A stretch of DNA of 64,000 nt, taken from assembly GCA_035084275.1 (NCBI GenBank), contig CM068774.1, forward strand, positions 558,001 to 622,000, in the 5' to 3' direction. Positions within the stretch are counted from its first letter, which is position 1. Every line of letters begins with the position of its first letter. Position numbers and translations under genes: made by a program. Below are positions 37,801 through 49,916 of this stretch, piece by piece. Below the pieces are notes generated by a model. The model saw only the letters and a list, made by a program, of their open reading frames with translations. It was not told the DNA's origin and made no database searches. This DNA is from Hydrolagus colliei. Taxonomy: Eukaryota.

Positions 37801-40800
37801 CTGTCTCTCTGACCTACTGTCTCCCTATCAGCCGCCCATCCCCTCCGTTCAGCAGACTCAGGCCTGCTCTGCGTTCACCGCCCAAACCACCCAACCATCG
37901 TTGGCCGAGCTCTCAGCCTCTCTGCTCCCACACTGTGGAACTCTACCCTGCAGTTCCTCCACCTCGCTTCCTCTCTTTCCTCCTTCAAGGCCGGTCTCAA
38001 CACCTTCCTCTTTGACCGCACCTTCGGCTACCCTCCTCCCCCTCTCCTTCCCCCACCCCGACCCTCCCCCACCGCCCCCCATCCCCCATTTTGGTCTCGA
38101 ACTGATTGTTCAGCGCCTTGGGACATCCTCCCAATGGGAAAGGCACTGTACAAGTGTAATTTTGTTGTTGTTGTAATGTGGAGAAATGCAAAGTGTTGCA
38201 TTTTGGTAGGAAGAATGAGGGGAGGTAATATAGGCTGATGGTAGAATATTAAAGGGGGTGAAGGAACAGAGAGATCTGGGGGTTCATGTAAGCAAATCTC
38301 TGAAGGTGGATTTAACATTCAAGATCATGTGGGGATTTGATAGGTTGAATCTGGAAAAACTGTTTGCACTGGCACGTGGGTCAGTAACCGACTTAACATA
38401 GTTGTTAAAAGAAACAAAGTGGAGGTTAGGAAAGATGTTTAACTCAATGAAGTGTTGGGATCTGGGATGTATTACCTGGAAGGGCAGTGGAAGCCGATTC
38501 AATAACAATTTTTAAGAGAGAAGTAGATGGGTATTTGGGGAGGACAAGGCTATGGAGAGAGAGCGGACAGTGGGATTGAGTTGGATTGAGCTCTATTTGG
38601 AGCTGGCGCAGACATGATCAGCCGAATGGTCTCCTTTTGTGCTGTATGATTCTATGATTCTATCATATAGATATATCTCTGTGTGCTTTCCTCTGTCACT
38701 ATGTAGTTGCAGAATACATTGGATTCCTCATATTTTAGAGCTTAATTAAACATTGTTTATATAACTCATCAATGATAGGAGATTCCCCCCAAAATTAGTT
38801 ATTGTGTGATTGTCAGACAGACAGACAGACAGACAGACAGACATTGTTGTTCTATTAGTATAGATTCATTGTCTCAGTCTATCTGTGTCTTTCCCTCTTT
38901 TCCTCCCTCTCACTCACTAACACATTCTCTTTTTCTCTCACTAATGCTCTCTCTCTCTCTCATTAACGCACTCTCTCCCTCTCTCTCACAAGCACACACT
39001 ACACTCTCTCTCACTAACACTCTAGCAAACTCTCCGTCTCTCTCACTAACAATCTCTCCCTCTTTCTCTCACTAACACACATCTCTCTCGCCCCACTCTC
39101 ACACTCTCCCGTTGACACACTCTCACTAACTCTCTCTCTCTCACTAACAGAGCGAGTGACTGGAGTTGAAATCACCTCCTCTCTCACTAAAGGCCAGTGC
39201 AATGGGACTCTGACGTGTGATGTGAAGTCTGGTAAACCAGTTATCTTTGTGTGGGAGAGAGATGGGGTTCGTTTGCCCATTTCCCAGCCCAGTGACACCG
39301 CTACGCTCTCTGTCACTCTCTCCCCAACCGACAATAACACTGTGTTCACGTGTAAAGCTGGGAACCCAGTGAGTGAGGATTTTAAAGAGATTTCCTTCCG
39401 CCCCCATGATATCTGTTTCATGTCTAATGGTGAGTGTGTCAGAGAGTGCATGAGAGAGAGACTGAGAATGTGAGAGAGAAACTGAGTGTGTGAGAGAGAG
39501 ACTGAGAGTGTAGAGAGTAAGAGAGAGACTGGCAGTGTGTATATGTGGGTGTATAATGTGTGTTAATATGTGTGAGCGTATAAGTGTGCCTAAGTGTGTG
39601 TCTGTGTGCATAAGAAAGACGATGCGAGAGAGAGACTTGTGTTTATGTCGGTATTAAAAACAATAATAAATTGCTCATTTTCAACCCTCGCCTGTTTGTG
39701 TGGGGGACGCTGCTGTGCACAATTGGCTGCCGTGTTTCGCCCACAAATATATACAGTCAACTCACTTTACAGTATATTCTGTGAAGCGCTTTGAGACACA
39801 GTCTAATAGATGTGAAAAGCCGCGGTATCAAATGCAAGGATTATTATTATGATTATTAATTCTTGCATTTACATTTCTAAAGCACCTTTTTATGTCAGGA
39901 GGAGGCCCCAAGTTCAGGGATTTGGACCTGAGCAGGGGCCTGGAGATCAGAAGGGATGGAAGGAAGGGAGGGTGACCAAAGGCACAGTCAAAGATTAGTG
40001 CCTTGAGCATTGGGGATAATGAGATTGCCATAGTTATAATAACAGGGTGGGAGGAGGGAAGGGGGGATTAGGAGTTGCCAGAGCCTGCTGAGCAGAGGGG
40101 GTGGGCAGGCTGGTAAGGGGATAGGAGGTCACGGATGTAGAGTGGGTGGGGTGGTGAGATTATGGAGGGCTTTATATGTGAGGACCAGGATCATGAATTG
40201 TATCCTCTGGATGATGGGGAGTCAATGGAGTCTGGCGAGGATGGGGGAGACGGGGTCACAGAGTTTGGAGCAGTAGAGGACACGGGCAGCAGAGTCTGGA
40301 TTATCTGCGGCCTGGGGGGGTGGAGGGGTTGGGAAGGCCGACCAGCAAAGCGTTCGCATAATTGTAATGAAGGCCTGGATGAGGGTTTCAGCGGCTTTGG
40401 GGGTGAGGTAATGGCGGAGTCGGGCAATGTTGCAGAGATGAGGAAAGGCAGAGAGAGTTATGGCTTGGATGTGTGGAGGAAAGACAGTTGAGGATTGAAC
40501 CTAGATTCCTGACTGACTTGGTGAGGTCGAGTGAGCAAACATGGAGGTTGATGTTGCCATCGCCTGATGCAAGCCAATCAGTAGAGCCTCGGTCTTGTTG
40601 ACATTCAACTGTAGAAAGTTAGCTCTCATCTAGGACTTGATGTCTGACAGTCATTCTGTCAGGAGAGCAGTGGTCCTGGAGTCGAGGGTAGAGGCTGAGA
40701 GATAGAGTTGGGTGTCATCTGCTTACATGTGGAAGTTAACCCCATGTCTGCGGATGATGTCATCAAGGGGAGCATGGAGAAAGAGAGAGACAGTGAGAGA

Positions 40801-43800
40801 GACTCGCAGATCCTGAGAGAGATGGAAAGAGGGATGGAGATAGAATGAGAGAGGGAATGTCTGTGTAAGTGTGTCTATGTGTGTATGAGAGAGTGAGAGA
40901 GAGATGGAGAGAGACAGTGAAACCGTGTATCAGGCATCCCTCAATTTACGACAGGGTTGAGTTCCTGAACAACGTCACGTAAATCGAAATCTCGTAAATA
41001 GGAACGCGGTTTCCCATGTGGTCCCATTATATAACCCAAGATGCGTTCTTTTGACAACATTTTTGGACATTAAACCCACTAAAATAACACACAAAACACA
41101 AAATAACACACAAAACACACAAAATAACACACATAGGCAAGATTTAGTATCTAAAGTGATGACTTTGCGGGCTCTCTTACTACTAGCAGTATTACTGCTG
41201 CTCATTTCACTTACCGGTCTCTTTTCTGACATTGTAGAAATGCGGTAGAGGCTGTAAAATTGCTCAAAATTGCGCTTCAAAAGAAGCTGGCTTTTAAAAC
41301 GCTAAGAAAAAAGCTTTTAATGCTTTAAAAAAAATGCGACTCCACTGACTAATTTGTATAAAGAGTGTACTTACAAAAGAGCTGAGTCCACAAAACAGAT
41401 AACAGATAACTGAGAGAGAGGGAGCAAGTGTGTGAGAGAGAGTGTGTAAGTGCCTCCCTCACACAGGCAGAGAGGGTGCGAGAGAAACCAGGAGAGTGAG
41501 AATGTGAGAACGTATGTGATGGAGAGAGAGACTGACACAGAGACTGAGACCGAAAGAGACTGAGAGTGTGAGAGAGAGACTGTATGTGTGAGACCGAGTG
41601 ATTTGAAAATGAATAATATTTTATATTTATTGCAGGTACTCCCCGTGGAAATATTGGATATTATGTTGTGCTGGGGGTCTGTCTCGCAATTATTTGGGTG
41701 GTTCTGTTTATTGTCTTGTATCTAAAGCTTAAAAAGAAAGGCAAATATCAAGCAGGTAAAATAACTTTTACAATAATAATAATTCTCACATTTCATACTC
41801 AGCCATATCCCGTCTCCAAAAGCGCTTCGTGAGACACACTGTAAAGTGAGTCCCCCGACTCCCCCAAGTCTCTATCCATCCCCCTCTTACACTCACTCCA
41901 TCCCATAACTCCCCAAGTCTCTATCCATCTCCCTCTCACACTCACTCCATCCCCTGACTCCCTAACTCCGTGACCCCATCTCCCCCATCCTCGCCCAACT
42001 CCATTGGCTCCCCAACACCCAGAGGATCCAATTCAAGATCCTAGTCCTGACCTTTAAAGCCCTCCACCACCTGCGACCCCCTTACCCCCTACCAACTTGC
42101 CCACCCCCTCCGCTCAGTGGGCTTTGGCCTGCTTCATGTCCCCTGTTTGACCCGCCCTACCATCGGTAGACAAGCTTTCAGTTTCTCTGCCCCTGCACTT
42201 TGGAACTCCATCCTGCATTCCCTCTGCCTGGCTCCCTCCCTGGCCTCCTCCAAGCCTCGCCTCAAGACTCCTCTTCAATGGACAGATCAGTAATTCTTAT
42301 GCCCCCCCCCCCCCCCCCCCCCCCAACCCTTATCCTCAGCTCGAGTCTGACACATTGACTGTCCAGTGCCTTGGGACGTCCTCCTGACATGAAAGGCTTT
42401 GTCTATACAAGTGTCATTTTGTTCTTGTTGTTGTCTCTCACATGTTCACACACACTCTCTCTATTCTCTCTATCCTGTCTCTCAACCTCTCTGTCTTTAT
42501 CGTGTCTCACACACATTCACACACATTGTCTCTCTCTCTCTCACTCTCTCTCTCTATCCTGCCTCTCACACTCTCTCACTCTCCCTGTGTTTCTAGATAA
42601 AACTGTTGATATGCCTTGTGTGGTGGGAGATTCGATCTGTCTCCCCGGCCCTCAGGATCTCTCTCAAGGGGAGATCAGACGTATTGAGTGGAGCCTCCAG
42701 CCATCTCCCTCTCACACTCATTCCATCCCCCGACTCCCGCCAAGCATCTAACCATCTCCCTCTCACATTCACTCCATCCCATGACTGACTCCCGCCATGT
42801 TTCTATCCATTTCCCTCTCACTCTCACTCCATCCCCTGACTCTCCCTGAGTCTCTATCCACCTCCCTCTCACACTCACTCCATCCCGTAACTCCCCAAAT
42901 CTCTATCCATCTCCCTCTCACACTCACTTCATCCCCTGATACCCCCCTCCCACCCAAGTCTCTAACCATCTCCTCCTCACACTCACTCTGCTTCATGCTC
43001 CTGACTCCCACAAATCTCTTTCCATCTACCTCTCATACTCACTCCATGCACTGACTCCCCCAAATCTCTGTCCATCTCCCTCTCGCACTCACTCCATCCC
43101 CTGACTCCACCCCAAGTCTCTAACCAACTCCTTCTTACATTCACTCTGCTTCATGCCCCTGACTCCACCAAGTTTCTTTCCATCTCACTCTCACATTCAC
43201 CCATCCCCCGACTCTCCCAAGTCTATCCATCTCCCTCTCACATTCACTTCATCCCCTGACTGATCCCCCCAAGTCTCTGTCCATCTCCCTCTCACATTCA
43301 CTCCATCCACTCACTCCACCCAAGTGTCTATCTATCTCCCTCTCACACTCATTCCATCCCATGACTGACTCTCCCGAAGTCTCTATCCATCTCCCTCTCA
43401 CACTCACTCCATTCCCTAACTCTCCCCAAATCTCTATCCATCTCCCTGTCAAACTCACTCCATCCCATAACTCCCAAGTCTCTATCTATCTCCCTCTCAC
43501 ATTCATTCCATCCCCTGACTCCCCCAAGAGGGAGGTTTTCAGTTGGTGTTTGAAAAGTGGGAGAGAGAGGGCAAGATGGAGGGATTGAAGGAGAGGGTTC
43601 CAGAGTTTGGGGGCTCAGTGGCTGGCATCTAATGGTGAGCGGAGGGTGTGAGGGATGATCAGGAGGGAGGGAGGGAGACCAGTGAGGAGAGTAAATCCAG
43701 GGGAAGGTGTCTTGGCTACATTTAGATGGATGTGGGTTATGTGGGGGAGGTGGGAGAGAGAGAGAGACTGAGAGACATGGAGGGGAGCTTTAGTGTGTCT

Positions 43801-45460
43801 CTAAGCCTGACCTGGGAGTGTGGACGGACATACGCACAGTGCAGAGAGAGCTTTACCATATCTCTCAATCTCATTCAATTTCAGTCTCTCTCAAACCTGC
43901 CTGAGTTTCCATGTGTGTGTCAGACATTGGCTGATCTCTCTCTCTCTTTATAGAAACATCTCCCAAAACGGAAACTCTCTATGCTGTGGTGGACTTGCCA
44001 AAAGCCAAACAGGTAAATAACAACAAACAACAAAATGACATTTATAGAGCGCCTTTCACGTCAGGATAAGGGATGGATAGAGACATGTGGGGTGTCAGGG
44101 GATGGAGTGAGTGTGAGAGGGAGATGGATAGAGACTTGGGGAGAGCCATGGAATAGAGTGAGATTGAGAGGGAAATGGATAAGGACTTGGGAGTCAGGGC
44201 TGGAGTGAGTGTGAGAGTCAGATGGTTAGAGATTCAGGGGATTCAGTGGATGGAGTGTGAGGGATAGGTAGATGGAGACTTGGGGAGAGCCATGGGATGG
44301 ATTGAGTCTGAAAGGGAGATGGATAGGGACTTGAGAGTCAGGGGATGGAGTGAGTGTGAGAGTGATATGGATAGAGACATGGGGCGAGGCATGATATGGA
44401 GTGAGCTTGCGTAGGAGATGGGTAGAGACATTGGGGAGTCAGGGGCTGGGTTGAGATTCCAGAGGAAGATGGAGACATACTTGGGGGAGTCCGAGGATTG
44501 AGTGAGTTTGAAAGTGAGTATGATACACACTTTGGAGGCATCAAGGGATGGAGTGATGTAGGATGGAGATGGATAGAGACATTGGTGGGGTCAGGGGATG
44601 GGTTGAGGTGTGAGAGGGAGATGGATAGATACTTGGGGTATTCACGGAATGGATTGAGAGTGAGATGATGATTGGTAGAGACTTCAGGAGAGTCAGCGCA
44701 TGGACGGAGTGTGTGAGTGAGATGCATAGAAATTTGGGGGGAGTCAGGGGATATAGTGACTGTGAGCGGGAGGTAGATGGAGACTTGGGGAGAGCCATGG
44801 GATGGAGTGAGTGTGAGAGGGAGTTGGAGAGGGACTTGGAGGATTCAGGGGGTGGACCGAGTGTGAATTGGAGTCAGGGGATGGAGTGAGTGTGAGGAGG
44901 AGTTGGATTGGGAATTGGGAGTCAGATGATGCAGTGATTATGAGAGTGAGATGGATAGAGAAACTGGGGAAGTCAGGGGATGGATTGAGGTGGAGTGAGT
45001 GTGAGAAGACAATTGATAGAGACTTCGGGGGAGTCGGGGAATGGAATGTGTTTGAGAGGGAGATGGATAGTGTGATCGGGCAAGCCATGGTATGGTGTGC
45101 GCATGAAATGGAGATCGATATCAACTTTGGGAGAAGTTAGGGGATCAGTTGATGTGTGAGAGGGAGATGGATAGAGACCTGAGGGGGTTCAGAGAATGGA
45201 GTCAGTGTGAAAGGGCGATCGATAGAGACTTTGGGGGAGTCAATGGATGGAGTGAGTGTGAGAGGGAGATGGAAAGAGACTTGAGGAGAGTCAGGGGATG
45301 GAGTGACAGGGAGGTAGATAGCGAGGTGTTTTGTTGAAAGTATTCTATAATCTTTCTCTTGTTCCTTTTTCAGAACCGAAGTGAACCACCTGAGGTTTCA
45401 ACTATCTATGCCACTGTCACTGCACCAGGTGCAAATCATAATAACTTAGACATCCTCTAA
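28724..45460 (+). CDS. Gene B: intact SLAM-family (CD84/SLAMF-like) receptor, 310 aa, IgV-IgC2-TM-two ITSMs
   Basis: join(28724-28802,30033-30341,39151-39429,41636-41755,43954-44012,45374-45460) = 933 nt = 311 codons including stop; all GT-AG and phase-compatible. Confidence 0.88.
29190..29870 (+). mobile_element. Old L2 3' fragment in gene B intron 1
   Basis: [13 protein letters not shown]...[22 protein letters not shown] and tail; positional homolog of 12600-13350. Confidence 0.78.
30033..30341 (+). CDS. Gene B IgV exon
   Basis: Acceptor CTGTAG, donor GTAAGT, 309 nt, [19 protein letters not shown]...[14 protein letters not shown]...YNLKVY; no cysteines. Confidence 0.92.
31421..31560 (+). 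mobile_element. hAT-Charlie-like 5' end inserted into a CR1 remnant
   Basis: CAGTGGCTCCCAACCTTTTT terminus preceded by CTCTAGAA (Charlie-type NTCTAGAN target); left flank encodes CR1 [17 protein letters not shown]; other end not found. Confidence 0.55.
31900..34856 (+). mobile_element. Near-complete L2 ORF2 (APE endonuclease + RT), frameshifted
   Basis: [12 protein letters not shown]...[26 protein letters not shown] (APE); [18 protein letters not shown] (RT and C-terminal region); (TTG)n tail at about 34840-34856. Confidence 0.92.
35385..38665 (+). mobile_element. Long degraded CR1 ORF2 interrupted by L2 fragments
   Basis: [49 protein letters not shown] remnants and ATTCTATG tail; L2 inserts at about 35845-36210 (-) and 37465-38175 (+). 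Confidence 0.8.
39151..39429 (+). CDS. Gene B IgC2 exon
   Basis: 279 nt, phase 1/1, RVTGVEIT...[10 protein letters not shown]...W...[11 protein letters not shown]...DICFMSN; four Cys spaced as in CD2/SLAM C2 domains. Confidence 0.92.
39640..39860 (+). mobile_element. SINE 3' half (Deu-like core + L2-like tail)
   Basis: ctgtgcacaattggctgccgtgtttc...tgtgaagcgctttgagac...gtgaaaag...aaatgcaagg(ATT)n. Confidence 0.7.
39990..40780 (-). mobile_element. Old L2 fragment (empty site for the gene A hAT MITE)
   Basis: Colinear with 18400-19850; single gagcaaac site near 40530 where gene A has the duplicated GTGCAAAC. Confidence 0.7.
40931..41290 (-). mobile_element. Tigger/pogo-like remnant
   Basis: CAGGCATCCCTCAATTTACG terminus; minus-strand MSEKRP...[14 protein letters not shown] resembles the N-terminus of pogo/Tigger transposases; second TIR not found. 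Confidence 0.55.
41636..41755 (+). CDS. Gene B transmembrane exon
   Basis: Acceptor atttattgcAG, donor GTAAAA, 120 nt: (G)[39 protein letters not shown]; uncharged TM segment plus basic stop-transfer. Confidence 0.9.
42597..42700 (+). pseudogene. Truncated IgV exon fragment inside gene B TM-cyt1 intron
   Basis: Intact acceptor TTTCTAG; (D)[34 protein letters not shown] homologous to the gene A V start; upstream 42430-42596 resembles 13480-13638; runs directly into minisatellite. Confidence 0.8.
42700..43530 (-). repeat. Minisatellite array, reverse orientation
   Basis: Units CTCCCCAAGTCTCTATCCATCTCCCTCTCACACTCACTCCATCC, the reverse complement of the G-rich unit. Confidence 0.9.
43954..44012 (+). 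CDS. Gene B cytoplasmic exon 1 with ITSM TLYAVV
   Basis: Acceptor (CT)nTTATAG, donor GTAAAT, 59 nt, phase 1/0, (E)[19 protein letters not shown]. Confidence 0.88.
44070..45320 (+). repeat. Minisatellite array, forward orientation
   Basis: About 1.25 kb of the G-rich unit between the two cytoplasmic exons. Confidence 0.9.
45374..45460 (+). CDS. Gene B cytoplasmic exon 2 with ITSM TIYATV
   Basis: Acceptor ttcctttttcAG, phase 0, [28 protein letters not shown]; a weak donor CCAG|GTGCAA at 45428/45429 leaves a further exon possible. Confidence 0.85.
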   Translation, partial: NRSEPPEVSTIYATVTAPGANHNNLDIL

Positions 45461-45649
45461 TTCCCCCCAAGTCTCTATCCCTCTCACACTCACTCCATCC
45501 CAGGACTCCCCCCAAGTCCCTACCTATCTCCCTCTCACACTCACTCCATCCCCTGACAAGATTTTCCTTGAACAAACCCATTTTGGCTCAATTATTGAAC
45601 CCAGGTCTCTCAATTGTAATGCCGGCGCTCTAACCACTGAGCTGCAGGA

Positions 45650-46190
45650 CTCCACATGACCAGCCTTCCACCAACATTGCCCAACTCCGCCATTACCTCA
45701 CCCCTCAGACCACTGATACCCTCACACACACATTTGTCACCTCAAGGCTCGACTACATCAACTCCCTCCCCATCGGCCTCCCCAGCTCCTCCCTTCACAG
45801 GCTGCAGATCATTCAGAATTCCTCAGCTCGTGTTCTCTCCCGCACCAGGCTTCCCGCCACATCACTTCCCCCCTCGCCCGTCTCCCCTGGCTCCCCGTCC
45901 CCCAGAGGATCCAATTCAAGATCCTCGTCCTCACTTTCAAGGCCATTCACGGCCTTGTCCCCGCCTGTCTCTCTGACCTACTGTCTCCCTATCAGCCTGT
46001 GCCCGTCCCCTCCGCTCAGCAGCCTCAGGCCTGCTCCTCCTCCACCGCCCTAACTCCCCAACCATCGGGGGCCGGGCTCTCAGCCTCTCTGCCCCCACAC
46101 TGTGGGACTCCATCCCACAGCCCCCCCCCCCCCCTCGCTTCCTCCCTTTCCTCCTTCAAGGCCAGTCTCAAGACCCTCTTCACGACAGTG
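45650..46190 (+). mobile_element. L2 3' fragment
   Basis: [17 protein letters not shown]...[17 protein letters not shown] remnants. Confidence 0.75.
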
Positions 46191-48850
46191 CCTTCAGCCT
46201 TCAGGAGGGAGGGAGGGAGCGAGGGAGGGAGGGAGGGAGGGAGGGAGGGTGTTGAGGAAACTTGCCCAATGTTTCACCCTGACTTGAACTCAGACCCTCT
46301 TGCTTGCGAGGCTTGAGCTCTAACCTCTGAGTTACAGGACCTGCTCCTCATTACATTGATATTACTAATAATAATAGTAATAATCATTATAATCATTGCA
46401 TTTGATAATTTGATGCAGCGGCTTTTCACGTCTTTTAGACGGTGTCTCAAGGTGCTTCATACAATAGACTGTAAACGTGTAGTGACTGTATGGCTGTGGG
46501 AGAGCGAAACGCAGCATCAGCTTCCCCCACACAAACAGCCAACAGAAAAAATAATTTACTTTTTAATCAAATTGTTTTTGAAATAGCTACATTAATGATC
46601 AACAGAGAAACTGAGAGAGTGAGAGAGAGACTGAGTGAGACTGAGAGAGAGAGTGTGAGAGAGAGACTGAGTGAGACTGAGAGAGAGAGTGTGAGAGAGA
46701 GACTGAAATAAAATGAGAGACTGAGCGAGAGAAAGACTGAGAGTGATACTGAGAGAGACTGAGTGAGAGAGAGAGATTGAGAGAGAGATTGAGAGAGAGA
46801 GAGAGAGAGAAAGGGGACTGAGTGAGAGAGACTTAAATAGAGTGAGAGACTGAGTGAGAGAGAGACACTGGGAGAGACTGAGTGAGAGAGAGACCAGAGT
46901 AGTGGGGGAGCGGGTGGGGGGTAGGGGTAGGGGGATGGAGAGGAGGAGAATTGACTGTGANNNNNNNNNNNNNNNNNNNNNNNNNNNNNNNNNNNNNNNN
47001 NNNNNNNNNNNNNNNNNNNNNNNNNNNNNNNNNNNNNNNNNNNNNNNNNNNNNNNNNNNNNNNNNNNNNNNNNNNNNNNNNNNNNNNNNNNNNNNNNNNN
47101 NNNNNNNNNNNNNNNNNNNNNNNNNNNNNNNNNNNNNNNNNNNNNNNNNNNNNNNNNNNNTGGTGCTGGATAAACAGGCTTTTACTGTGTATACGGTAGT
47201 AGTGAATCACAACGATACCACTGGCAATACGAGGAGTAGTCGCTGGAGACAAACAGTCACGTTTGCGTTGTAACATACACACCATCACATAATCATCAAC
47301 AATTTAAAGTTTGTATTTTCATAAGGGAGGCACAGCCCACCTCTGCGCCCCCTGACTGCAGGTCAATGATACAGACAGAGAGAGACACACACACTCACAG
47401 ACACACACACTCACAGACACACACACACACACTTACACACACAGACAGAGATCGAGACAAAAACATAAAAATATAAGTAGGAGCAGGAGTAGGCCATTCA
47501 GCCCCTCGAGCCTGCCCCGCCATTTAATAGGATCACGGCTGATATTCCATCCTGATTCCATTTACCCGCCTATGATTTTTTAAAAAACTATCAATCTCAG
47601 GCTTGAATATGTTCAAGGACTGACTGAGCATCAACAGCCTTTTGGGGGTAGAGAATTCCATCGATTCACTGCCCTCTGAGTGAAGAGGTGTTTCCTGAAC
47701 TCAGCGCGAAAAGGCTGACCCCTAATCTCAAGACTGTGAGAGTTATAGTTTCTCCAACCAGGGGAAACAGTCTCCCACTGTCTATAGGGCCCTACACAGC
47801 TGCAGCACGACTCCCTCAGCCTTGTACTCTAACAACAACAACAACAAAATTGCATTTATACAGCGCCTTTCACGTCGGGTGGACATCCCAAAGCTCTGAA
47901 CAGTCTGGTCAGGACCCGAGTGGGGGGGGAGGGGAAGGAGAGGGGGAGAGGGGGGGACAGTTAGTGGGGGTGAAGAGGAAGGTGTTGAGACCGGCCTTGA
48001 AGGAGGAAAGGGGGGAAGCGAGGGGGGGGGGGGGGGGGCTGTGGGATGGAGTCCCACAGTGTGGGGGCAGAGAGGCTGAGAGCCCGGCCCCCGATGGTTG
48101 GGGGGTTAGGGAGGTGGACGAGGAGCAGACCTGAGGCTGCTGAGCGGAGGGGACGGGCACAGGCTGATAGGGGGACAGTAGGTCAGAGAGACAGGCGGGG
48201 ACAAGGCCGTGAATGGCCTTGAAAGTGAGGACGAGGATCTTGAATTGGATCCTCTGGGGGACGGGGAGCCAGGGGAGACGGGCGAGGGGGGGAGTGATGT
48301 GGCGGGAAGCCTGGTGCAGGAGAGAACACAGACTGAGACACACTTGCTAATACTTTTGTCCATAAAACACAGTCACTACACTGTCCAGTGCATGCTGTGA
48401 AGCGCTTTCAGATGTCTGGAATACATGATCAGGATCTTTGGCAAACGTAAGGATTAATGATGACATTACCGGATTTCTCAACACAAACCACAAAGGCTCT
48501 CTCAACTTCTCTCACGCTCTCTCTCACTCTCTCAGTGTCTCTCTCTCTCAGTTTCTCTCCTTGACACACTATCTTTCACCCCCCCCCCCCCACCCCGCGA
48601 GACGTCACAAAGCGCTCCCCAGGACTTGCTGTAAACTGTAGTGACTGTGCGTTCAACACGAGACTGAGAGAAACACACACACACACGGATAACCCCATTT
48701 CTACACTCCTCCTTTCTTTCTCTCTCTGTATCGCAATCTTCCGCTCGTTTCTACCTCTGTCTCTCACTCACACGCAGTCATTTTCTTTCTCTCTCACACA
48801 CACCCTCACAATCGCTCGCGCACACACACACTCCTCCTGTCTCTCCCTAC

Positions 48851-48920
48851 CTTCAGCTCCAAAGCACACGACATTTTGTGTAGAAATAATAGCGAAAGCG
48901 AGAATGTAGCTGGCCTTCAT
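48851..48920 (-). CDS. Orphan inverted copy of gene C leader exon
   Basis: MKASYILAFAIISTQNVVCFGAE+G, donor GTAGGG, same as 55163-55232; no minus-strand V exon follows before 2886. Confidence 0.7.
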
Positions 48921-48945
48921 TGTTCCTTTCCGTTCTTCACACAGG

Positions 48946-48955
48946 AGGATGTGGT
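48946..48955. promoter_or_regulatory. ETS:RUNX-like motif, duplicated gene C promoter
   Basis: AGGATGTGGT, mirror of 55128-55137. Confidence 0.5.
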
Positions 48956-49009
48956 AAACCAGCTTGTTGGTAAACCTCCGTGTGTCTGACATGCGCAGGA
49001 ACCCGTCAC

Positions 49010-49395
49010 CGTGTTAAATAATAATAAACAATCCTGGCATTTGGATATCGCGGCCTTTCACATCTGACCGACGTCTCAAAGCGCTTCACAGGATATACTG
49101 TAAAGTGTAGTGACTGTATATTAGTGGGGGAGCGAAACGCGGCAGCCGATTGCGCACTGCAGCGTCCCCCCACACACAGTCGTGCGCTGAAAATGACCAA
49201 TTTTATTATTGTGTATTTTTTTGCATGGATTATTAAAGGGCGGGTGTGTGTCTGTGGTCTGTGGTGTGTGTGTCTGTGATGTGTGTCTGTGATGTGTGTC
49301 TGTGGTGTGTGTCTGTGGTGTGTGTGATGTGTGTCTGTGATGTGTGTAGGAAGGAAACTTGCCCAAGATTTTGCCCTGACCTGCCTGGATTCGAA
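49010..49395 (-). mobile_element. tRNA-headed SINE (head truncated by gap); mirror copy at 54642-55068 (+)
   Basis: TTCGAATCC box B-like, linker, (CA)-rich spacer, cagtgcgcaatcggctgccgcgtttc core, L2-like tail. Confidence 0.7.
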
Positions 49396-49916
49396 NNNNN
49401 NNNNNNNNNNNNNNNNNNNNNNNNNNNNNNNNNNNNNNNNNNNNNNNNNNNNNNNNNNNNNNNNNNNNNNNNNNNNNNNNNNNNNNNNNNNNNNNNNNNN
49501 NNNNNNNNNNNNNNNNNNNNNNNNNNNNNNNNNNNNNNNNNNNNNNNNNNNNNNNNNNNNNNNNNNNNNNNNNNNNNNNNNNNNNNNNNNNNNNNNNNNN
49601 NNNNNNNNNNNNNNNNNNNNNNNNNNNNNNNNNNNNNNNNNNNNNNNNNNNNNNNNCCCGGTGTCTATCTGACACACATAGAAACCCATCACCATGAGTT
49701 GGGGAGACCAGCGAGGAGGGAGGGAGGTTGGGAGGGAGGGAGGGAGGGAGGGAGGGATCGTGCATCAGGCAGTGGCAGCATCAGCCTCCATGGTTCCTCA
49801 CTCGACCTCTCCAAGCCAGTCAGGAACCTCGGTGTCTCTTGTTCGACCCTCAACTGTCTTTCCTCCCCCACAGCCCAGGCCATGACTCTCTCTGCCTTTC
49901 CCCATCTCCGCAACAT

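Noticed and set aside
44070-45320. Regularly spaced repeats as a CRISPR-like or switch-region array
   Set aside because: Eukaryotic context, whole unit repeated and degenerate with no unique spacers, and no AGCT enrichment typical of Ig switch regions.
28724-45460. CEACAM-family assignment (Cys-less N domain, NPVS motif, GPI member)
   Set aside because: The extra Cys pair (C-x5-LTC-type start and a Cys after the G strand), single C2 domain and CD84-like V start favour CD2/SLAM; phylogeny is still needed to exclude CEACAM formally.
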